Source: a bacterium
GTDB lineage: Bacteria; Auribacterota; UBA3054; B51-G9
Reading direction: 5' to 3'
Length of the DNA stretch: 29,988 nt
NCBI GenBank assembly: GCA_029933535.1
Contig: JAOZNZ010000003.1
Span: forward strand, 1 to 29,988
Under the pieces are notes generated by a model that ran no database searches, was not told the origin of the DNA, and worked only from the letters and a program-made list of their open reading frames with translations. Shown in pieces: positions 25,244-29,988 of this stretch. Both the position numbers and the translations under genes were made by a program. Position 1 is the stretch's first letter. Each line of letters starts with the position of its first letter.

Positions 25244-26491
25244 ATGAATTATTTTAATTACAAAAACGGAAATTTGTTTTGTGAAGATGTTTCTGTGGAA
25301 GAACTTGCAAAAAAACACGGAACACCACTTTATATCTATAGTAAAAACTTCTTTGTTGAACAGTATAATACTTTATGCTCCGTGCTTAATGAATTGGATT
25401 ATATGATCTGTTTCGCGACAAAATCTAACAGCAATCTCGCCGTTATAAAAACTTTCGCGGAACTCGGCTCGGGATTTGATATTGTTACAGCAGGAGAACT
25501 GTTCAGAATAGTTAAAGCTGATGGAGATACAACAAAAGTAGTTTTTTCCGGAGTTGGAAAAACAGTTGAAGAAATAAAATATGCCATAGAACAAAATATT
25601 TTATTCTTTAATGTTGAATCGGAAGTAGAACTTCAAAGAATAAATGAAATTGCCGGTGAATTAAACAAAAAAACCCGGTTTTGTGTGCGTGTGAATCCGG
25701 ATGTAGATCCTAAAACACATAAATACATTACTACCGGGAAAAGCGAAAATAAATTCGGACTTGATTTTGAAGCAGCAAAAATTCTTTATAAACACGCGGA
25801 AAATTATGACAATGTTAAAGCAGTAGGCGTGCAAATGCATATTGGTTCGCAAATCACAACTACAGAACCTTTTGTTGCCGCGATTAAAAAATTATCAAAA
25901 TTAATTGATGAATTGCGAGAACAGGGGGTAAATGTACAATATGTTGACATTGGCGGCGGATTAGGGATTATTTACAAAGATGAAACCCCTCCAATTCCTG
26001 AAGAGTTTGCTGCCGCGGTAATTCCGGAACTAAAAAATTTTAAAGCAAAAATTATTTTTGAACCCGGAAGATTTCTTGTTGGTAACGGCGGAATAATGGT
26101 TACAGAAGTTCAGTACATAAAAAAAACTGCCATGAAAGAATTTGTTATTGTTGACGCAGGAATGAATGATTTATTAAGACCGTCTTTATATGAAGCTTAT
26201 CACGAAATAATTTCTGTAAAAGAAAGCAGTAACAAGAAAAAAGCAGATGTTGTAGGTCCCATTTGCGAATCAAGCGATTTTTTTGGAAGAGAAAGAGAAT
26301 TACCGGAAGAAATTAAAAGTGGTGATTTTATAGCCTTGAAAAGTTGCGGCGCTTATGGATTTGTAATGGCATCGAATTATAACACCCGCCCTCGCGGAGC
26401 GGAAATAATGGTTGATGGAAGCGAAGTTACAATTGCTCGAAAGCGAGAGACATTGGAACAATTAATAGAGAACGAAATTTTTCAGAGTTGA
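25244..26491 (+). CDS. lysA: Diaminopimelate decarboxylase
   Basis: GTPLYIYS, FATKSNSN (PLP Lys), RVNPDVD..TH.YI.TG...NKFG, HIGSQ, EPGRFLV, GPICES, GAYG..MASNYN.RPR. Confidence 0.97.
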   Translation: MNYFNYKNGNLFCEDVSVEELAKKHGTPLYIYSKNFFVEQYNTLCSVLNELDYMICFATKSNSNLAVIKTFAELGSGFDIVTAGELFRIVKADGDTTKVVFSGVGKTVEEIKYAIEQNILFFNVESEVELQRINEIAGELNKKTRFCVRVNPDVDPKTHKYITTGKSENKFGLDFEAAKILYKHAENYDNVKAVGVQMHIGSQITTTEPFVAAIKKLSKLIDELREQGVNVQYVDIGGGLGIIYKDETPPIPEEFAAAVIPELKNFKAKIIFEPGRFLVGNGGIMVTEVQYIKKTAMKEFVIVDAGMNDLLRPSLYEAYHEIISVKESSNKKKADVVGPICESSDFFGRERELPEEIKSGDFIALKSCGAYGFVMASNYNTRPRGAEIMVDGSEVTIARKRETLEQLIENEIFQS

Positions 26492-26526
26492 AAAAAAGGC
26501 CACTTTATGTTAAACTATAGTTGAAC
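26488..26526 (+). promoter_or_regulatory. Promoter and operator of TA module 2
   Basis: TTGAAA (26488-26493, overlaps lysA stop) - 17 nt - TAAACT (26511-26516); near-palindrome GTTAAACTATAGTTGAAC (26509-26526, 16/18). Confidence 0.65.
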
Positions 26527-26547
26527 TTAATCAACATAAAAACTAAG

Positions 26548-26790
26548 ATGAATATTTTAAATACAAAAGAATTAAGAAATCAACTGTCTGAAATTGTAAA
26601 ACGCACAAAACGCGGTGAGCAATTTACTATTCTTTATCGTAGCAAACCTGCTTTTCGCATAGTTCCTGTTATGCCAACAGTCGAAGAAAACATTAAAGTA
26701 AAAAAAGACTCTCTTTATAAAATGAAAGCATTGGGAGCATCTAATGACAGTTTAACCGCGGCTGATCATGATTCGGTCTTATATGGGTAA
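26548..26790 (+). CDS. Phd/YefM-type antitoxin
   Basis: NTKELRNQLSEIV.R.KRGE..TI.YRSKP.F.IVP; start moved from TTG 26521 to ATG 26548, downstream of the promoter. Confidence 0.8.
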   Translation: MNILNTKELRNQLSEIVKRTKRGEQFTILYRSKPAFRIVPVMPTVEENIKVKKDSLYKMKALGASNDSLTAADHDSVLYG

Positions 26791-26792
26791 TT

Positions 26793-27209
26793 ATGAAAGC
26801 AATTTTTGTTGATACAGCGGGCTGGATGTTATTATCAGATTCAAACGATCCTTTTTATTTGAAAGGAACTGAATTTCGTGATAAATGGTTAAATAAAGGT
26901 GGAATTTTTGTTACAACAGATTATGTGGTAGATGAAACTTTAACTTTATTGCGAACAAGACTTAATCTTATTGCTGCTGAAAAATGGTGGCAGGCTGTAT
27001 CCAATAGTTCCCGAATTAGCTGGGAATATATTAATAGTGTCAGATCGGAAGAAGCAAGAGCGTTATTTTTTGGATGGCGCGACCAAAAGTTTTCTTTTAC
27101 TGATTGTACCAGTTTTGTTGTAATGCGGGAATTAGGAATTGATAAAGCATTAACTTCAGACAAGCATTTTGTTCGTGCAGGATTTACATTAGTGCCTGGG
27201 AAAGGTTGA
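26793..27209 (+). CDS. vapC: PIN-domain VapC toxin
   Basis: IFVDTAGW, TTDYVVDETLTLL, FSFTDCTSFVVM, ALTSDKHF..AGF. Confidence 0.9.
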   Translation: MKAIFVDTAGWMLLSDSNDPFYLKGTEFRDKWLNKGGIFVTTDYVVDETLTLLRTRLNLIAAEKWWQAVSNSSRISWEYINSVRSEEARALFFGWRDQKFSFTDCTSFVVMRELGIDKALTSDKHFVRAGFTLVPGKG

Positions 27210-27229
27210 ATTGCATTGTGTAACAAAAC

Positions 27230-27270
27230 TTGAAAAAAAGACGGATTTATGTTATACTTTAAAGTGTAAC
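27230..27270 (+). promoter_or_regulatory. Promoter and operator of TA module 3
   Basis: TTGAAA (27230-27235) - 17 nt - TATACT (27253-27258); near-palindrome GTTATACTTTAAAGTGTAAC (27251-27270, 18/20). Confidence 0.7.
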
Positions 27271-27295
27271 TATTAATCTTAAAATATAATAAACA

Positions 27296-27544
27296 ATGAA
27301 TGGAACTTGCTCAATAAAACATTTAAGACAACATACACGAGAAATATTAGATCTTGTGGATGCAGGAAATGAAGTGTTGATAACTTATCGCGGAAAAAAG
27401 AAAGCGAAAGTTGTTCCGCTTTCAGTTGGGAAAAAAATGTTTGAAAACACAGGATTTGGAATATGGGCAGACAGGGAAGATATTAAAAAAGACTCTAAAG
27501 AACATGTACGCAATATAAGAAAAGGCCGTTACAATGATAATTGA
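27296..27544 (+). CDS. Phd/YefM-type antitoxin
   Basis: SIKHLRQHTREILDLV..G.EVLITYRGK..AKVVP; overlaps downstream PIN gene. Confidence 0.85.
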   Translation: MNGTCSIKHLRQHTREILDLVDAGNEVLITYRGKKKAKVVPLSVGKKMFENTGFGIWADREDIKKDSKEHVRNIRKGRYNDN

Positions 27545-27908
27545 TACAGATATACTTATAGATTATTTTAGAGGAAAAGAGCAAGCTAAAAAACAATTAT
27601 TAAAAATTGAAAAGCGATCAATAAGTATGGTAACTCAATTTGAATTGTTTCAGGGAGCAAGGAATAAAAAGGAATTGAATTTATTAAAACAATTTATTAG
27701 AGAATGGGCTTTTAATGTATATTCAATTAATGAATTTATTTCTTTTGAAACGTTGTTTTTATTGGAAAAATATTCGCTTTCACATGGCTTAAAAATGGCA
27801 GATTCATTAATTACCGCTACAGCTATTCATTATGATGAAGAACTAATTACCGGAAATTATAAAGACTTTCAGTTTATAAAAGAAATAAAAGTAAAAAAAT
27901 ATAAATGA
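27534..27908 (+). CDS. vapC: PIN-domain VapC toxin
   Basis: MIIDTDILIDYFRG, FELFQG, MADSLI.ATA, LITGNYKDF. Confidence 0.9.
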   Translation: MIIDTDILIDYFRGKEQAKKQLLKIEKRSISMVTQFELFQGARNKKELNLLKQFIREWAFNVYSINEFISFETLFLLEKYSLSHGLKMADSLITATAIHYDEELITGNYKDFQFIKEIKVKKYK

Positions 27909-28744
27909 AATTAAATTTTACTAAAATGCACGGTTGCGGAAACGATTTCGTCGTTATTGACGCAACAACCAATTTGAAGAATTGGCAGCCTTCAGTTAAC
28001 GAAGCCGCTTTTCTGCTCGATAGACATTTCGGTATTGGTGGAGATCAACTGCTTGTTATATACCCTTCGGAAGTTGCTGATATGAAAATGGTAATTTTTA
28101 ATCCGGATGGTGGTGAAGTAGAAATGTGCGGTAACGGAATTCGTTGTTGTGCACTTTATGCAAAAAATCATAAGCTTGTTGATAAAAATGAAATGACTGT
28201 TGAAACGCTTGCGGGAATAATTAAACCCGTAATAGAAGATGAATGTGTTTGTGTTGATATGGGAGAACCGAAACTTTCTGCTTCAGAAATACCTGTTACA
28301 GGTTATTCCGGGAAAATAATTAATGCTGAACCACCTGAAATTGAAAGTGATTTTCCTTTGCCGCTGATGAATTGTGTATCCATGGGAAATCCTCACACGA
28401 TTTTCTTTGTTGATGACATTAACGCTGTTCCGCTTGAGGAAATCGGCAAAAAAGTCGAAAACAGTCCTGTTTTTCCAAATAAAACAAATGTTGAATTTGC
28501 ACAGATTTTAGACGTCAAAACTATAAAAATGCGCGTTTGGGAGCGCGGAGCAGGAATAACTCTTGCATGTGGAACAGGAGCTTGTGGCACAGTAGTTGCC
28601 GGTATTCTTTCGGGCAGGATTGAAAATGAGGCAACAGTAATACTTGACGGTGGAGAACTAAATATTTCCTGGCAGGGAGAAGGAACGTCTGTTTTCATGA
28701 CAGGACCTGCAGAAGAAGTATTCAGCGGAGAGCTGGAAAAGTAG
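27905..28744 (+). CDS. dapF: Diaminopimelate epimerase
   Basis: FTKMHGCGNDF, EMCGNGIRC, SMGNPH, TNVEF, VWERGAGITLACGTGAC; ATGA overlap with the toxin stop. Confidence 0.97.
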   Translation: MKLNFTKMHGCGNDFVVIDATTNLKNWQPSVNEAAFLLDRHFGIGGDQLLVIYPSEVADMKMVIFNPDGGEVEMCGNGIRCCALYAKNHKLVDKNEMTVETLAGIIKPVIEDECVCVDMGEPKLSASEIPVTGYSGKIINAEPPEIESDFPLPLMNCVSMGNPHTIFFVDDINAVPLEEIGKKVENSPVFPNKTNVEFAQILDVKTIKMRVWERGAGITLACGTGACGTVVAGILSGRIENEATVILDGGELNISWQGEGTSVFMTGPAEEVFSGELEK

Positions 28745-28754
28745 CACAAACACC

Positions 28755-28852
28755 GGGGTATTGGAATGGAGGGACGCTGTTCTCAGCGTCCTAAATGGAG
28801 TAATGGAGTAATGGAATAATGGGAAACCATAAAAATCCATTGTCCCAACCCC
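28755..28852. repeat. AATGGAGT array interrupted by a GC hairpin, with a degenerate inverted arm
   Basis: GGGGTATTGGAATGGA, GGACGCTG-TTCT-CAGCGTCC, AATGGAGT x2 AATGGAAT AATGGGAA, then TCCATTGTCCCAACCCC. Confidence 0.7.
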
Positions 28853-28901
28853 TAATATATTGCAAAATTGCGTTTTTGAACCTTAAATTCGCGACAGCGA
28901 A

Positions 28902-28936
28902 CAACCTTGCAACCTTGCAACCTTACAACTTTGAAC
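28902..28936 (+). repeat. CAACCTTG octamer array before the ABC ATPase gene
   Basis: CAACCTTG CAACCTTG CAACCTTA CAACTTTG AAC. Confidence 0.8.
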
Positions 28937-28946
28937 GAAGAGAAGA

Positions 28947-29642
28947 ATGACAGATCATAACAAAAAAGAAATAATTCTCAAATCTGACAGTATTCTAAAA
29001 GAATATAAAACAGGGGTGTTACCACTTACTGTTTTAAAAAAAATTGATATTGAAATCCAAAATGGTGATTTTACAACTATTGTCGGTTCGTCAGGTGCGG
29101 GAAAAAGTACTCTGCTTCATATTCTTGGCGCTTTAGACAGACCAACCAAAGGTGCAGTATATTACAAAGGAGATAATTTATACAAATTATCTGATAGTCA
29201 GCGTGCTTTAATCAGAAACGAGGATTTTGGTTTTGTTTTTCAGTTTTATCACTTAATGCCGGAATTTACAGCTTTGGAAAACATCATGATGCCGGGATTG
29301 ATTTCCAGAAAAGAGAAAAGCAACCTGAAAAAAACAGCATTAAATTTGCTTGGTGCTGTTGGGTTGGCAGAAAGAGCAAAACATTTTCCTAACCAGCTTT
29401 CCGGCGGAGAGCAGCAGAGAATAGCGATTGCCCGTTCATTATTTAATCAGCCGAAAATTTTATTTGCGGATGAGCCTACAGGAAATCTTGATGAAAGCAG
29501 TAGTGGGACAATAATAAATTTACTTCAAAAATTGCAAAAAGAATTAAATTTTGCTTTAATAATGGTAACACATAATACCGAACTTTCCGATCTTGGCACG
29601 ACAAGATTAAGAATAAAGAACGGGATGTTAATAACCAACTAA
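28947..29642 (+). CDS. lolD: ABC transporter ATP-binding protein, LolD-like
   Basis: VGSSGAGKSTLLHILGALDRPT, GFVFQFYHLMPEFTALEN, LSGGEQQR, ADEPTGNLD. Confidence 0.75.
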   Translation: MTDHNKKEIILKSDSILKEYKTGVLPLTVLKKIDIEIQNGDFTTIVGSSGAGKSTLLHILGALDRPTKGAVYYKGDNLYKLSDSQRALIRNEDFGFVFQFYHLMPEFTALENIMMPGLISRKEKSNLKKTALNLLGAVGLAERAKHFPNQLSGGEQQRIAIARSLFNQPKILFADEPTGNLDESSSGTIINLLQKLQKELNFALIMVTHNTELSDLGTTRLRIKNGMLITN

Positions 29643-29657
29643 ATTAAAAACAGATAA

Positions 29658-29988
29658 ATGAAAGAGCCAAAAGTAAACATTAACGGTGAAATTTTTTCTC
29701 CGGAAGACGCAAAAATATCCGTTTTTGATCATGGGCTTCTTTATGGTGATGGAGTTTTTGAAGGAATTCGTTTTTATAACGGAAGAATTTTTAAATTTGA
29801 CGAGCATATAGATCGCTTAGAAGAATCAGCCCGGCATATTATTTTAAAATTACCAATGTCATTAGATGAAATTAAGCGGGAAACCATTAAAACCATTAAA
29901 GCTACCGGAATGGAAAACGGATATATTCGTCTGATAGTAACTCGTGGTATTGGAACGCTTGGGATAAGTCCATACACATGCGCAAAAG
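29658..29988 (+). CDS. ilvE: Branched-chain amino acid aminotransferase (5' part; runs off the window; absent from ORF track)
   Basis: Manual translation MKEPKVNINGEIFSPEDAKISVFDHGLLYGDGVFEGIRFYNGRIFKFDEHIDRL...GYIRLIVTRG. Confidence 0.9.
   Translation, partial: MKEPKVNINGEIFSPEDAKISVFDHGLLYGDGVFEGIRFYNGRIFKFDEHIDRLEESARHIILKLPMSLDEIKRETIKTIKATGMENGYIRLIVTRGIGTLGISPYTCAK

Noticed and set aside
22059-27908. Classical genomic island, integron or IS around the TA modules
   Set aside because: No integrase, transposase, attC-like site or tRNA target seen; accessory genes are interleaved singly among housekeeping genes.
28658-28840. 60-aa minus-strand ORF (and 28393-28749)
   Set aside because: Antisense to dapF; FHYSITP is the translation of the AATGGAGT array.
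235-29977. Remaining short ORFs overlapping identified genes (e.g. 235-429, 6205-6588, 16520-17029, 17923-18228, 20714-21055, 26921-27226, 29774-29977)
   Set aside because: All lie within well-supported genes in another frame or strand and show no family motifs.

Overview
AT-rich bacterial chromosomal window that contains the replication origin. DnaA-box clusters lie on both sides of dnaA, followed by dnaN and a DUF721/DciA-like gene; recF and gyrB are absent from the window. Left of the origin is a divergent nadB - sat-like - mtaB run. To the right are a large secreted repeat protein, hemerythrin, a ktrB-ktrA-YiiX-type operon, a secreted hypothetical protein and a stand-alone homocysteine methyltransferase. 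These are followed by a housekeeping run (ptsI, leuS, rph, lysA, dapF, lolD-like, ilvE) interleaved with three PIN-toxin TA modules and an AAA+ ATPase. Two genes cut by the window edges (mtaB, ilvE) are missing from the ORF track. The most striking unexplained signal is a set of short (7-10 nt unit) tandem-repeat arrays at most gene junctions. They usually show the purine-rich strand after stop codons and the C/T-containing strand before start codons. One such array (9 x 7 nt = 63 nt) sits in frame inside leuS. Other notable items are an ATP sulfurylase homolog with several altered active-site motifs and an Enzyme I with a Cys-containing insertion beside its catalytic Cys. No tRNA, rRNA, CRISPR array or transposase was seen. 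All calls are from manual reading and motif recall; no database searches were run.
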